Assembly (NCBI GenBank): GCA_030390025.1
Contig: CM059432.1
Location: 99,388,001 to 99,452,000 of the forward strand
Source of the DNA: Squalus acanthias
Taxonomy: Eukaryota
Reading direction: 5' to 3'
Length of the DNA stretch: 64,000 nucleotides
The notes below the pieces were generated by a model that made no database searches, was not told the origin of the DNA, and was given only the letters and a program-made list of their open reading frames with translations. This document shows, piece after piece, positions 1-13,350 of the stretch. The stretch's first letter is position 1. The number at the start of each line of letters is the position of its first letter. A program made the translations under genes and the position numbers.

Positions 1-249
1 TTGTTTACATTAAAATGATACTTCCTGGTTAATTTCAAACACCTTTATATTTCACAATTGTTAATTTTTTTATGTCAAAAAGGCAAAACAAAGTGACATT
101 TGGATGATCAACAAAGCAATCAGGCAATCACTATCCCAAAAGTTACCTCAAGTCACACTTTCACATCCAATTCCTCACTATTTTACAGGGACAATGGGCT
201 CAAAAATCCATAGACCCACTCCTCTAACATAAGTGCGGCAGAGCTGCCT

Positions 250-1650
250 CTGCTAACCTCTGCTACTGACCTAGCTGGACTATCTGGGCTCAGGGCCCAT
301 CTGCATAGCTTTGGTGGGTGCTTGTGCCAGTATGGGCACATCTTGAGCACCCATCCAAGGAGGGAGAGGCAGGAAATACAGTGTGGAATGTCTGCTTGCA
401 GGGGTTACTGGCAATTCTCCTCCACAATTGCAGGCCTCGTCTGAGTGTCCACCCCCAGCTGCAACTTTAGCCCTGGACTTACACCAGCAATATGCCAGTA
501 GGCCCAGGGATTTTTAGACTCACACTGTTCTCCTTCAACCCTCCCTCTCTGCTAAATTCAATGTTGCACTCTTCTCCCCTTCCAAACCAGTTCAGGCTGG
601 TACTCATTTCCCAGGTCATACTGCCACTACCACCCCTACATGGAGAAGCCCGCTATCCTGGCAAAGCCACATGTGCACTCCTCTTGCTTCTCCCTTCTCA
701 GAGAGAAGACAATGTAATCCCTTCTCCTGGTGAAGAGAGCCTCTGTGACCTCCCGGATGCAGCAATGGACGGCAAACTGGGAGATATTAGCTATGTCTCC
801 TGCTGCAGGCTGGAAGGAACCGCGGCAATTAAATTGAGGGCCATGGTGACCTTGACTGGTACTGGGAGAGCCGTGTTCACCAGGCTCTCAGGCTGCAGGT
901 CTGGTTGCAGGAGGTGGCAAAGTTCTGTGACCACCTCTTGGTGAAGCAGAGCCTCCTAATACACTGCTCCTCACCTAAGTGGACGTAAGAGAAGTTCTCT
1001 TGGAAGACTCTAGGTGGGTAAGGCCTCCTGTTGAGAGCCCTCCTGGTCCCTTTTCCGTCTGCGTGCATCTTGTCCTCTTCTTCGCTGCCTCCGCTCCCTC
1101 TCCCAAAGATACTTGAGCGTGAGGGGGACTGCAAGCAGAGCCTCCATGACTGTGAGCAAGTGGTGTGAGCAAAAGCCTTTAAATGAGAATGAAGGAGTTC
1201 TCCACTTGCGCCAACACTCCCTGTCACCTCAGGAACGTGAAACAAGTTTAGAAAGCTGCAAGGATCGCAGAAAGTTATACAGAGCCAATCAAACTGAGAA
1301 ACCATGTCAGCTGCAAGTTGTTGATGATGGTCCCTTTAAATAGCGCTGCTGGAGGCCCCTTCCTGCTACTGAACGCTTGGTCAGCTGGTCGTGATTAACA
1401 CAGGCCGGTAAGTGGAGCGGCGAACACAAAAATGGCAGATTGGGCAACAAGTGAGCATTGCACACTCACTGACCTCACGATCTGCCTAAGCTAAATAGCT
1501 GCAGCGAGCGCAGGCATCGGCAGCGCTGCCGACCTGCCCAAAAAGGCGGCCACCGCAGGACACACTGGAAGCGCGCGGAAGCGAGGCAGCCGCCATTTTT
1601 CCTTCAAAACGGGCCTTAAAGGCCTGCGCTAAACCCCCGAATTTCTAGGC
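250..1650 (-). mobile_element. Degraded PIF/Harbinger remnant: Myb/SANT partner-gene fragments plus one terminus
   Basis: Minus-strand fragments resemble the Myb/SANT exons of the intact element at 61108-63071; GC-rich subterminal region ending in gaatttctaggc near 1650. Confidence 0.55.
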
Positions 1651-1659
1651 TGGCGAGTC

Positions 1660-2230
1660 AGACAGAAGTGGAGGAATTGATGCCATGTCTTGAATTAATT
1701 ACCTTGAACTCTCAGAGCAGCAATAGATTGGGAAATTGAAGCTCACTAGGGAGGAAATCTCAGAGCTTTGTGAAATGCTGGCACCACATTTGGAATAACC
1801 CTGACTTCAACTGCTCTGCTTATGGCTTTTAAAGTGACAGCAGTCATTAATTATATGAGTACTACAATGTCTTAGCACCTGGAGGAATTACAGCTGGATT
1901 GGTCAAGGCAGTCTGTTTACCCCATCAAAGAAGTTACTGAGGCACTATTCTGAAAGCCTGACAGGTTCATTTATTGTAAAGTGCAGAGAAACAATTGGTC
2001 AGACAGCAACAATTCTATGTTACTGATGGTTGCTCCTGTGTGGTTAGCTCACGACATGTAGAGATAAAGGTGCTGTCAATCCTATGGCATATGTTACTGT
2101 TAACAACAAAGGTTTCTATTCTCTCACGGGTAGGTTGACCGTGATGCCCAAGAAATGGCTCCTCTGGCAAGTCCTAAATGCCTGGACTCCTTCACCGGTA
2201 GCCAGTCTTGTGTAAATTGCTTATTTCAAT
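1660..2230 (+). pseudogene. Degraded Harbinger (HARBI1-like) transposase fragment
   Basis: Broken frames give LTREEISELCEMLAPHL and AFKVTAVINY, matching [17 protein letters not shown] and [10 protein letters not shown] of the 42197 ORF. Confidence 0.6.
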
Positions 2231-2632
2231 GTGATAATTCATTACAAATCTCCTTTTTTTTGGTGTGGGAGCAGCATGGTTTTATCTTAAAACTATGAGA
2301 TAGATTTTAAACTGACCTCCACCCAATCTTCTGGCGTTAATCAGCTTATTGCAGTGGGGAAATAAGGCGAAGGATCAATACGCAGGATCGCTGTCAACTT
2401 TAGCGACCACCCTTGTTTCTGGCATCATTTCTGGTAATTAGCAGAAACATCATTCTCACAAAAGTAGGAATGAAAGTTAAATATTCATTTTGGGGCAGGG
2501 ACATCTTGCATGCCATCTCTTACCATTCTGGCATGCACCATGTCAGGTGCAAATCATGCCCATGTGAAATGCTTGTCCAGGGTGGCTAGGTGGCTAAAGG
2601 TATATAGACAGTCGTGGGAAGGGTACTATAAT

Positions 2633-3375
2633 GGCCCAGAAATTGATCTCGCTCTGTTCCCGCGGGGGTAAGGCTTCCCCGCGATCTCTCACTTCGCTTG
2701 TGCTTTTTTAGATCCAGCTCGCACGAACTTGATGTTCCAGACATCAGCTGGGCAGTGTTTGCGTATCCCACCGGCGTAGTGAATTCGTGCGAGCTGTGGG
2801 ATCACGTGACTCAGTTAGAGCCAATGGCAGCACACCATCTTCCATTCATAAGTTTCACATACGTGATGTGAAATCTATGAATCTTACACCCCCCCAAAAT
2901 AACAGCTAAACCTCAATTAAATTTAAAAAAAAACCATCACATTAATAAAATAAGTATAGTTAAATAAATTAACCATTTTAAATAAAAAATTAAATTTTTG
3001 AAAAAATTTAAAATCTTTTAAAAAGTTATAAAAATAAACTTACCTGTCTTTAAAGTCTCTAAAAAAGATATACCTGTTAAAAAAAATTCAAAAAAATACT
3101 TACTTCACTACTTACCTTGTTAAAAGTGGGTCTTACTCCTCCTTTTTCCATTTCTAAAATCTTCCGTCCTTACCTGCGCGTCCAAAGCATGAAGTGCACA
3201 GCGTGCGCGCAGCCTGTAGCGCGCACGCGATGCACCGAGGACCCGCCCCCTTTTCAAAAGACCAAGTGCCGGTTTTCAGCGCATGCGCAGGGCATGCAGA
3301 AAACCGGCAATTGGAGAGAGAATACGCGAGAGTACGCAGTGCGTACTCTCGTGTCGCGGGATGAATTTTTGGCCC
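2633..3375 (+). mobile_element. Harbinger-type MITE family A, copy 1 (743 bp)
   Basis: Imperfect TIRs ggcccagaaattgatc / gatgaatttttggccc; flanks aat/aac; closely similar to the copies at 23418 and 29589. Confidence 0.9.
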
Positions 3376-3570
3376 AACAAGTGGATATCAGTTTTTTTTT
3401 TAACTATTTTCCTTTTTTCCCTGCTGGCACCTAGATTCTCATGAACCTTTGTGCCAATTAGTGTCCATTATTTATTTTTAGCCCCCAGCATACTTACTGC
3501 CACGAATGAATTTTTCATTCTGAGGTACTTGGAAGAAGAGGGATACTAAGCATGAGAGTTATCAGTCTTA

Positions 3571-4039
3571 GGGGGAAAAATTTGGTTGCTTTGTGCCTCC
3601 CGTTAGCGCCCGGGCGCAGAGCCGCCAACACCTCCCGCGAAATTCAGCGGGAGGTTAGCAGTGGCGGTAAACGTTAGCGCCCCGCGGCGCTGCGCCACTG
3701 GCGCTATCTTTGGTAGCGCCCCCTGACTTACCGCCGGATGCTATGTCCAACGGGGTCAGGGGGCCTACCTGCGGCCAGGGAGGTGCTAATTAAAGGCGAG
3801 GTGCCGGGCGGCCATTTTTGTTGCTGTCCGCCTGCCAGCACCTGCCCCCACTGCCGTCCCTGGCCTCCTGAGCAGCACCCCCTCGCAGCGCCCCAAGAAG
3901 GAAGCGGGGTGCTTCCAGTAGCGCCCCGCTTCCCTCTTGGGGCGCTACCAATGAATTTCGGCCGTGGGGGCGCTAATTTTTTCGAGTAGCACCTCGGCGA
4001 AGTTAATGCCCCAAAGGGGGCGCGATTCAATTTTTCCCC
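3571..4039 (-). mobile_element. Harbinger-type MITE family B (GC-rich, repeated tagcgcc motifs)
   Basis: TIRs gggggaaaaatt / aatttttcccc; the right end matches the terminus of the autonomous element at 60751. Confidence 0.8.
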
Positions 4040-6790
4040 ATAGAGTCATAACGGCACAGAAGGAGGCCATTCAGCCCATCGAGTCCATGCCAGCTCTCTG
4101 CAGAGCAATCCAGTCAGTCCCATTCCCCCGCTCTATCCCCGTAGCCCTGCAAGTTTATTTCCCTCAAGTGCCTATCCAGTCTCCCCTTCAAAACATTGAG
4201 TGTGTCCGCTTCCACCATTTCCGTCGGCAGCGAGTTCCAGGTCCTCACCACACGCTGCATAAAAAAGTTTTTCCTCACATCCCCTCTGAATCTTGTGCCC
4301 AAAACCTTAAATCTGTGCTCCCTAGTCCTTGTACCATCAACTAGTGGGAACAGCCTTTCCCCGTCTAGTCTATCCAAACCCGTCATAATCTTGTACACCT
4401 CTATCAAATCACCCATCAACCTCCTTTGCTCTGATGAAAACAAATCCAACTTCTCCAACCTGTCCTTGTAGCTAAGATCCCCCATCCCCAGAACCATTCT
4501 GGTAAATCTCCTCTGCACCCTCTCAAGGGCCTTCACATCCTTCCTAAAGTGTGGTGACCACAACTGGACGCAATACTCCAGTTGTGGCCTAACCAGCGCT
4601 TTATAAAGATTCAGCATAACTTCTCTACTTTTGTACTCAATGGGCTGGATTTTGATACTGGGGCGGGTTGGGGTCGTGTCATCCGCTTTTCGTGTTATCC
4701 ACCCGTCTGCAATTGGATGTGGGAGATTGATGCAATTTTCACCTAATTGGGCAATTGAGTTCCAGCATGTGGGAACCCATGAACCAATTAGTGTTTTCAG
4801 TCTGAAAGTCGCCTCTGATGATGTCATCATTGCTGCTGCATTGAAGGTCTTCAGAGACTGCCTGGCCTTTGCTGCTGCGAGAGGACCTGGATGCAAAATG
4901 AGCAGCAGCTCTAAGTCTGCTCCCAGATATATATGAGAGAGAGAGAGAGAGAGAAAGAGAGACAGAGACAGAGATTTTTTTTTTGCACCAGCAGTCCCAG
5001 ATATCTCTCCTCCACCACTCGCAGATGCCTGCCAACCACTCACTCACTGATAGTCAGCCCAGCCATTGATAGTCAACTATCCAAATGTGCTCCCGCCAGG
5101 TTTCACAATCGTGGTTCAGAACAGGCGTGCTTCACGTAGAACAAGGGTTAAAATCACAAAGGCCTTTTAAAATGGCATTATAGAGCCAATTTAGAGCTTG
5201 TTAAGGGCCTTAACAGCCTATCCCGTCTCTTAAAGGTGGGACGCAGTCGGGACCAGCAGACATGCTTTAATGAAAATTGCGTGGAGGCGGGATGGAGGCG
5301 GACTTGTGCCCGCCCGCCAGTTTTTGCAATTTTAACCCCCCACACGCCTCCAAACCCGCCTCCACGGGTCAATGAAAATCCAGCCCAATACCTCTATTTA
5401 TGAAACCTAAGATCCCATATGCTTTGCTAACCACTCTCTCAATATGTCCTGCCACCTTCAGGGACCTATGCACATTAACTCACAGGTCCCTCTGTCCCTG
5501 CACACTTTTTAAAACTGTGTCATTAAGTGTATATTGCCTCTCCCTGTTCCTTCTGCCAAAATGCATCACCTCACACTTCTCTGTATTAAATTCCATCTGC
5601 CACTTGTCTGCCCATTCTGCTAGCCTTTCTATGTCCTGTTGCAGTCGATTGATATCCTCACTGTTTGCCACACCCCCAAGTTTGGTGTCTTTGGCAAATT
5701 TAGAAATTCTACTCTGTATTCCAATATCCAGGTCATTTATATATATCAAAAAAAGCAGTGGCCCCAGCACTGACCATTGGGGAACACTACTGTCTACCAT
5801 CCTCCAGTCTGAAAACAGCCATTTACCACAACTCGCTGTTTTCTGTCCTTAAGCCAATTCCTTATCCAAGCTGCCACTGACCCACCTATTCCATGAGCCT
5901 CAATTTTGTTAACCAGCCTTCTATGTGGTACTTAGTCAAAGGCCTTCCTAAAATCCATGTAAACAACATCCATTGCATTCCCTTCATCGATCCTGCCTGT
6001 TACTTCATCAAAAAATTTAATTAAATTAATCAAACATGATCTTCCTTTTACAAATCCGTGTTGGCTCTCCTTAATTAGCTTAAAGCTCGCCAAGTGCCCG
6101 TTAATTTTTACCTTCATTATTGTTTCTAAAACTTTACCTACCACTGATGTTAAACTGACTGGCCTGTAGTTACTAGGATTGTCCTTACACCCTTTCTTGA
6201 ACAATGGTGTCACATTTGCCACTTTCCAATCCTCAGGCATCTCCCCTGCATCGAGGGAAGATTGGAAAATTATGGCAAGCCCTATCGCTATCTCCTCCCG
6301 CAATTCCCTGAGCAATCTGGGATGCAAGCCATCTGGACCAGGCGACTTATCCACTCTAAGCACACCCAGCCTTTCTAGTACATCCTGTCTATCAATTTTC
6401 ACCTCTTCCATTGCTTCTACCTTTTCCACTGCAACCAATATTTTGTCAGCATCCACCTCCTTAGTAAACACTGATACAAAGTACTCATTGAGTAGTCTAG
6501 CCTTACCCTGCGCCTCTAAGCATATATCACCTTATTTGTCGCTAATAGGCCCCACCCCGCCTCTTACTACCCGCTTACTGTTTACATGCCGGTAGAAGAT
6601 TTTTGGGTTCCCTTTTATGTTAACCGCCATTCTACTCTCATATTCTCTCTTTGCCAATCTTATTTTCATCTTCACTCCCCCTCTCAACTTATTGTATTTG
6701 GTCTGGTTCTCCCTTGAAGAATTCACCTGACATGCATCATACACCCTCTTTTTTTGTTTCATCATCTTCTCTATCTCCCTCTGTTGTTGT
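4040..6790 (-). mobile_element. CR1 LINE (5'-truncated, ORF2/RT disrupted), split by a MITE at 4642-5386
   Basis: RT motifs YKALVRPQLEYC, VPQWSVLGPLLFLIYIND, KFAKDTKL, NYRPVSLTS, MDFRKAFD; the reading frame continues across the MITE. Confidence 0.93.
4642..5386 (+). mobile_element. Harbinger-type MITE family D
   Basis: Perfect TIR gggctggatttt / aaaatccagccc; exact AAT TSD (4639-4641 and 5387-5389) inside the CR1. Confidence 0.92.
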
Positions 6791-6849
6791 TCTATGTCCA
6801 TCCACTGGTGCCCGCACACCTATATCTGCAGACAGAGGTGAACATGACT

Positions 6850-6935
6850 ACACTTGAAAAGTACTTTATTGGCTGTGAAGCACTTTGGGATATCCTGAGG
6901 TCATGAAAGGCGTTATATAAATGCAAGTGCTTTCT
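6850..6935 (+). mobile_element. DeuSINE-like SINE 3' fragment
   Basis: cacttgaaaagtact...aaaggcgttatataaatgcaag tail shared with the longer SINE copies. Confidence 0.7.
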
Positions 6936-6945
6936 GTTTGTTTAC

Positions 6946-7021
6946 CTTGCTTTGGTACATGGTTAGTTCCATCTGAGGAAAGCAGTTCAAGATCTTATCA
7001 AGAACAATATCTGCCGCAGAA
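6946..7021 (-). CDS. Candidate internal host-gene exon (SAADIVLDKILNCFPQMELTMYQSK), unidentified
   Basis: Unique sequence; minus-strand acceptor ctgtag and donor AAG/gtaaac; open frame. Protein not recognised. Confidence 0.25.
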
Positions 7022-8559
7022 CTACAGGTCAAGTAGCATTTTAATGAAAACCCATAAAATGTGTGTGTACCTAGCACTTCTTATCACCATATTTCCTCTT
7101 GGTGCCAGTTTCTGAAGAACCATTAAATGCCATTAAAGCTTCCGCTTCACATATCCTTCTACCTCTCAAATGGTCTTGACTCTTCATCCAAGGATGACAT
7201 ATCCTGACCATAGGATCATTGAACTTTACAGCTCAGAGATTTGCCACTTGGACCAGTATGCCTGTACTAACTCTCTGAAAGAACTATCAATTTGATTTTA
7301 TTCCCTTGCTCTTTTCCAATTAACTCTTTAAATTCCTCGCAACCCTAGCCTTATGTTTCCCTCGGTGCTGGAGTGCATAAGGTGGCTGGCTGCTCTCTTG
7401 ATATTGGAGTCTCCTGGGACTGAAGTGGCGATTTTATCATGGCAGCTAGGTCCTGCAGTCTATGACTCATGCCCCAAGTAACGTCATTGGAGGGGTAGGC
7501 TGGAGGGCTCACATGAGCCGCCATCTTGAGAGACAGTAGTATTTTTGTGCCTCCACATGGCCATTAATCTGCAGGAAAGTAGGCCTAATGGTATGAATGA
7601 GATCAGTATGATACTTGTTTGCAATCCAGCCTTAATCATTTGAAGGCCAAAAGAGACATCCCTCTCTAATCTGGCACCCAGGTTTCAATAACAGCAGTCT
7701 GAGCACCACTGGCAGAAGCACTTAGAGTCTCAGCCATAAATGCCTCCACTTCAGATGTCCTTGTAGCTGTCAAATGGTCTAGACTCTTTATTCTAGGATG
7801 ACATTTCCTGACCATAGGATCATTGAACTTTACAGCTCAGAGAGATGCTACTTGACCCAGTATGCCTGTGCCAGCTCACTGAAAGAACAATCCATTTGAT
7901 TTTATTCCCTTGCTCTTTTCCCATTACCTGTTGAAATTTTTAATTTTCAAATATTTATTCACTTCCCTCCAGTTAACAATAGTTCCTTTATATGTGTCAC
8001 CAATAGTTGCTGCTGCGCAGTCATGCTGTGTGGGCCAGCCTGTACACTTATCTTCTCTAATTTCCCTGGGGTGGATGTCTCTGGGCTTGTGATTGAGAGT
8101 GAGTGACAGCACATGTTTTGACAGGGCCTAGATGCTCTTGGGCCTGGTTCATCTTCGGGCATGTCTAGAGGAGGAAGAGTGATTTGAATGGGTTGCCGAG
8201 GAGCACCATTGACATGTCATTTCCAGCAGGAGTTATGTGCGAGTTTCAAGATATAGTTTATATCATTCATAACGTGGGTAGAGTGGGATGAAGTATATTC
8301 TTCTGAATGTCTTATCAGTTTTATGGTCTACATATATATTATTTGTTAGATTAATATATATTGTGATTGTTCCATTAATATATGCCACAGTAATTAATGA
8401 AGGTTGCCCATGGTCAGCATTGGAGGAGGTTGAAACATTTGCAATTGACCCTCTTTAATTTCCATTTCAATTTGCCACTTTAAAAAGTCATAATAACAGA
8501 GTTAAATTTCATTATGATATATTTGTCTTTGATGAAGCGTTCAATGATAAAAATATTAA

Positions 8560-11500
8560 AAGACGGGTGGTGGACCTCAGTAGCACCCATTTTTTAGGCA
8601 CTACGAGGCTCCTCAAGGTTCCAAAATGGCGTTCGAAGCGAGCGCACACACTACTGGCGCGAAGTGCGCTGGACGCCATATTGGTAAAGGGGTTAGTGCA
8701 TGAAAAAATCTAATGTCCACCGGAAGCATGCAGAGCAGGCAGATCATGACGTCAATCAGCGTGCAATGCTGATTTGACACCAGTGCTGCCATTTTAGACA
8801 TCCACACTCCAGTCTATGCCTTCTCTTAACCTCGCACAGCTGAACACAACATTAAGAAGCATGTAGGACCCCACCAGTGCTATTTAAAGGGATCAACAGG
8901 TTGGTTGCTGGTTTATTTCTTCTGGCTGTTGCTGCAATTCTACACGTTTTGGGTATTTTCTATAGTTGCTTAAAGTTTCATTAGCATCCTAAAGCAACAA
9001 TTCTGCTACTGGACTGCTCTGGAGGAGCCCTGCAGTACTTAGTTGAGCGGGTCTCAAGGGGGGGAATTTTGCGGGATGTCAACGGGCGCGATCGGTGGCG
9101 GGTCGGGTGGGAAAATATTTTTTTTTACAGTGGGTCGGGACCCCACTGTCAACCCGCCACCACGCGCCTTTCCCAAATGTCGTCCCTGTCACCGCTGAGC
9201 AGACCTGACACACAGCGGCGGGGGAGGCAATTCAAGTCATTATGACCTTGTTAACAAAGCAATAAGAACTATTTTCAGCTCACCTTCAGAGTTTACCAGG
9301 TCGCCCATGGGGTCCACGCTGCTTGGGGATCACGTCAGGTAAGCAGGGCGGGAGTTGAATGGCCATGGAATCATCTCATTACCTGACAGCTGCAAATGTG
9401 CTATAAAAGCTCCCATCTCGCAGCTGTTTACTTTCCAAGCTCAGAAGTTATTGCTTACTGCATTTGGAAGATAGATTGACCTTTATGCAGATTGCAAGTG
9501 TTTGGAGCAAACTCTCTATCCAGTGTCACCTCATTGGACCAACTTCTCTCACCATTGACAGATCGCTTCTGTCATCGCAACCTCACCTGCCATCTATTAC
9601 ATTAGAATGGGTACAGTTTATACTGCCTCACCTAGGTCCTCAGAATCCCACCACGATCAGCCCCAACACCAGCAGCACCAGGCACACCAGCAGCACCAAC
9701 AACACCAACCTTCTCCGCAATCAACTGATGCTGCACAGGGCATCAGCACCCGACCACATTGCTGCCTGGGATGCGAGGGATGGCCTCACCATGGCCAGAT
9801 TTACTTCACTTGACGCTGTACACCCTGGCTGCCATATGATGTGCCAGGTTGGCACCACCCCACACCAACACCATAAAGCATCCCTACAATGCCCAAGCCA
9901 TTCATTTCACACTCATCAGCATTGCGGGGGTACCGTAATGTCTCACCATTCACTGCAACACACTAAGTCACTTCCAAAGGCTCAAACAAATCTGTCCAAG
10001 AACGTAAAGTATTGAAAATAAATGTTTCAATGTTTGACAACACATTAACAGAAACTTTATATGAACAGTGCCTACCCTTGTGTGTTGTTAGTTGGTATGA
10101 TTGGACTAGGATGAGGGTGAGTGTGAGGGGTGGCTAGTGAGATGAGGGACTGATAATGTAGATAGAGAGAGATGGGTGGAGGTGCAAGGTAAGTTAGTGT
10201 GAGTAAGGATGTGCAGGAGTGGGGTAGGGAAACCAGAGTGATGAGGGTGTGATGAGTGGCACAGCAGGATGAGGTTGAGTGTGGCTTTGCAGTAACGTTT
10301 CCTGATCTACTCTGATCATTGAAAGGTTTGCGCCACTGCAGCCAGGTACTCCTGACAACATTCCTGCTTGTTTCCTCCTGTGCAATGTGCAACCAGGTTG
10401 CGTTGATCTCCTGGGGAGGTCTCTTCCACCCATTGGAAGGGAAGAGAACCTCCCTGCGTGCTGTGGCTCCCTCCATAAGCATATGGATGGAGTCATGGGA
10501 GAGCCTGGGTGCAGCCTTGCACCTCTGTGCAGTGCTTGTCAGTGTTTGCAGCACCTCAGTACTGCAGAACACTGACAGCACAAATGTCAAAATTAATTTG
10601 TGCATGGTCCCTTTAAGGAAACCGGCTGATGATGCATCATCTGATGACGCATCATCAGACCCGCTTCCTTCAATTGGCTGGCAAACGCGCTGGGCGGGCT
10701 TAACAAGCCCAATCAGGGGAAAATCATTTTGGACAGCGGCTGGAGCCGTCAGCGAGGCCGGAACCCGCAATCGACGTTGCCCGGCACGGACCCGCCGAGG
10801 TTGGTAAAATCCAGCCCAAGATTTGTGGTGGTATGCTGCATGCTGCACAACTTTGCCATCATGAATTAACAGCTCTTACCACCACCTATCAGATGAGAAG
10901 CTGAGGAGCAGGAGCATGAGGAGGAGGAGGAAGAGGATGATGAGTAGGCAGATAAGAAGGAAGAGGAAGAGGAGGAAGAGTAAGGAAGGCTGCAACCTAA
11001 GCAGCACCTTTCTGCCTGGGCTGAATGTGAACAATTAATTCAAGAGTGTTACCAATAACCTCAACCCCAATTCCCCATTCACCAACAGTCTCACACTCCT
11101 TACCTTCCCTCTGTCACTGACCATCACATCATCCACTTGTCCACACTCCAAAATAAAAGCAAACACAAAATATACATCCTAATCCAAATTTATAACTTAA
11201 ATCATGCAAAATCATTTCCATATTGCAGAAAAACTACACTAATCAACCTTGTGCATTGCCTTAGTGTCTGTTGTCCGTGTGCCTTTGCCTGTCGTAGTGC
11301 TCCTATGATGTGCCGCTCCAGTGATTGCAGCATGGCTGGTGGAAGGCTGCTGACTTTCAGTGGAATAGACTGCAGATGGCCTTGCAGGATGATCTAGAGG
11401 CCCATCTTCAGACTGCACTATCTCAGCATGGGCTGCTACAGTCTGGGCTGGCTGGCTGTCAGGCAACAGCAAGGGCTCTGGCGGAGTCGCAGTGGTAGGA

Positions 11501-11995
11501 GGACGAATGCTGTCATCCTGAGAGAGGACAGCAGGTTTGTGCTCCACAGAGCCACAGCCACTCCCCTGGCTCCACGCCTCAGCAATCCTAGTAATCTGTT
11601 GGAGAATAGATTTCTGGACTGCTGCGACACCCTGCAAGCCCCTGTTAACAGTGATATCCAGAGCCATGATGGCAGCAGTCTGAGCTTCCACTGCAGCACT
11701 CAGACGTTGGGTGGCTGTTGCTTGTGCTGCAATGGAAGCTGTGACATCGGCCATCCGATGCTGTATCATGGTTGGTTCCACAAGTGTGTTGATGGAGTTG
11801 GCCACCAGTTCAATGCTGGAAAGGATGGGCTCCAAGCTCTGCACAAAGCCCTGTGCCAAGTTAGTGCCGGGCTCCTCCATGCTCCTTGACATTGAACGTG
11901 GGCTTTCTGGCAGGCTTCCCAATGCACTAAGCATTTCATTGTGCATACCCATCAGCCTTCTTCTGTAGCCCACCCCAAGTGCTCATCTAAGTCCC
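8560..11995. mobile_element. Old internally deleted Harbinger: terminus ~8560-9058, transposase C-terminus (+, ~10820-11060) and Myb/SANT last exon (-, 11239-11973)
   Basis: VVVCCMLHNFAI plus a poly-E tract on +; the 11239 ORF is homologous to the 62028 ORF (AAHAEIVQS, QQPSTS); interrupted by the 9059-10817 element. Confidence 0.75.
9059..10817 (+). mobile_element. Non-autonomous Harbinger (~1.75 kb family), copy 1
   Basis: TIRs ggggggaatttt / aaaatccagccc; exact AAG TSD; Q/H-rich transposase N-terminus on + and SANT exon on - (10072-10848 ORF). Confidence 0.88.
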
Positions 11996-12012
11996 CTGCG
12001 GCAGACATATTG

Positions 12013-13350
12013 GAAGACATATCGGAAGCACTGGTATGGAAGGTGGTTAGTTTGTGGGAGTCAGTGGGGTTATAGTTCCACTATAATCCCACTGACTCCC
12101 ACAGCTACCTTGACTACACTTCCTCTCACCCCACTTCCTGTAAGGACTCTATTCCATTCTCCCAGTTTTCCTGTTTCCGTTGCATCTGTTCTGACGATGC
12201 CACCTTCCATACCAGTGCTTCCGATATGTCTTCCTTTTTCCTCAACCGAGATTCCCCTCCACTGTGGTTGACAGGGCCCTCGACCGTGTCTGTTCTATTT
12301 CCTGCACTTCTGCTCTTACCCCTTCCCCTCCCATCCAGAAACACAATAGGGGTCCCCTTGTCCTCACCTTTCACCCCACCAGCCTCCACATTCAACGGAT
12401 AATCATCTGCCATTTCCGCCACCTCCAGCGTGATCCCACCACCAAACACATCTTCCCCTCCCCTCCCCTTTCAGCATTCCGAAGGGACTGTTCCTTCCAC
12501 GACGCCCTAGTCCACTCCTCTATCACCCCCAACACCCCCTCCCATTCCCACGTCACCTTCCGATGCAACCGCAGGAGATGCAAAACCGGCCCTTTTACCT
12601 CCTCCCTTTCCACCGTTCAGGGCCCCAAACACACTTGCCAGGTGAAACAGCGATTTACTTGTACTTCTTTCAAATTAGTAGACTGTATTCGCTGCTCACA
12701 ATGTGGTCTCCTCTACACTGGGAAGACCAAATGCAGATTGGGTGACTATTTTGCGAAAAATCTCCGTTCAGTCCGCAAGCATGACCCCGAGCTTCCGGTC
12801 GCCTGTCACTTTAATTCTCCGCTCCACTCCCACTCTGACCTCTCTGTCCTACACTGTTGCAATGAAGCTCAACGTAAGCTCGAGGCACAGCACCTCATCT
12901 TTCGATTAGACACTTTACAGTCTTCCGGACTCAACATTGAGTTCAACAATTTCAAATCATAACCTCTGCACCCATTTCTTTGGATGGCAGCTGTTGATGA
13001 TTCTGCTATTCCCATTTACACCTCCTTTCGACCCATCTTTTGTTCCTTTACTTGTTCCATTACCATCTCCTTTTGCCTTGCACCATCATCCCTTTTGTCA
13101 GTCAATCTCTCCTGCCTTCCACCCTATCACAGACCTTCTCTTCTGTTCTTTCCTCCTCTCCCTCCATTCCCTGCCTCTGCACCTACTTAAAACCTGTTAC
13201 ATCTCTAACATGTTCCAGTTCAGACGAAAGGTCATCGACCTGAAAAGTTAACTCTGTTTCTCTCTGCACAGAAGCTGCCTGACATGCTGAGTATTTCCAG
13301 CATTTTCTGTTTTTATTTCAGATTTCCAGCATCCGCAGTGTTTTATTTTT
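12013..13350 (+). mobile_element. Penelope-like retroelement, 3' part (RT C-terminus, GIY-YIG endonuclease and pLTR) with an inverted 5' end
   Basis: ORF 12264-12962 contains FTCTS..DCIRCSQCGLLYTGKTKCRLGD...GLNIEF (GIY-YIG); 12013-12046 is the reverse complement of ~12200-12233; hairpin at ~12054-12101. Confidence 0.9.

Noticed and set aside
4114..5043. 309-aa ORF that looks like a novel fusion protein
   Set aside because: Chance read-through from the family D MITE into the CR1 ORF2 C-terminus; the junction coincides with the TIR and TSD at 4642
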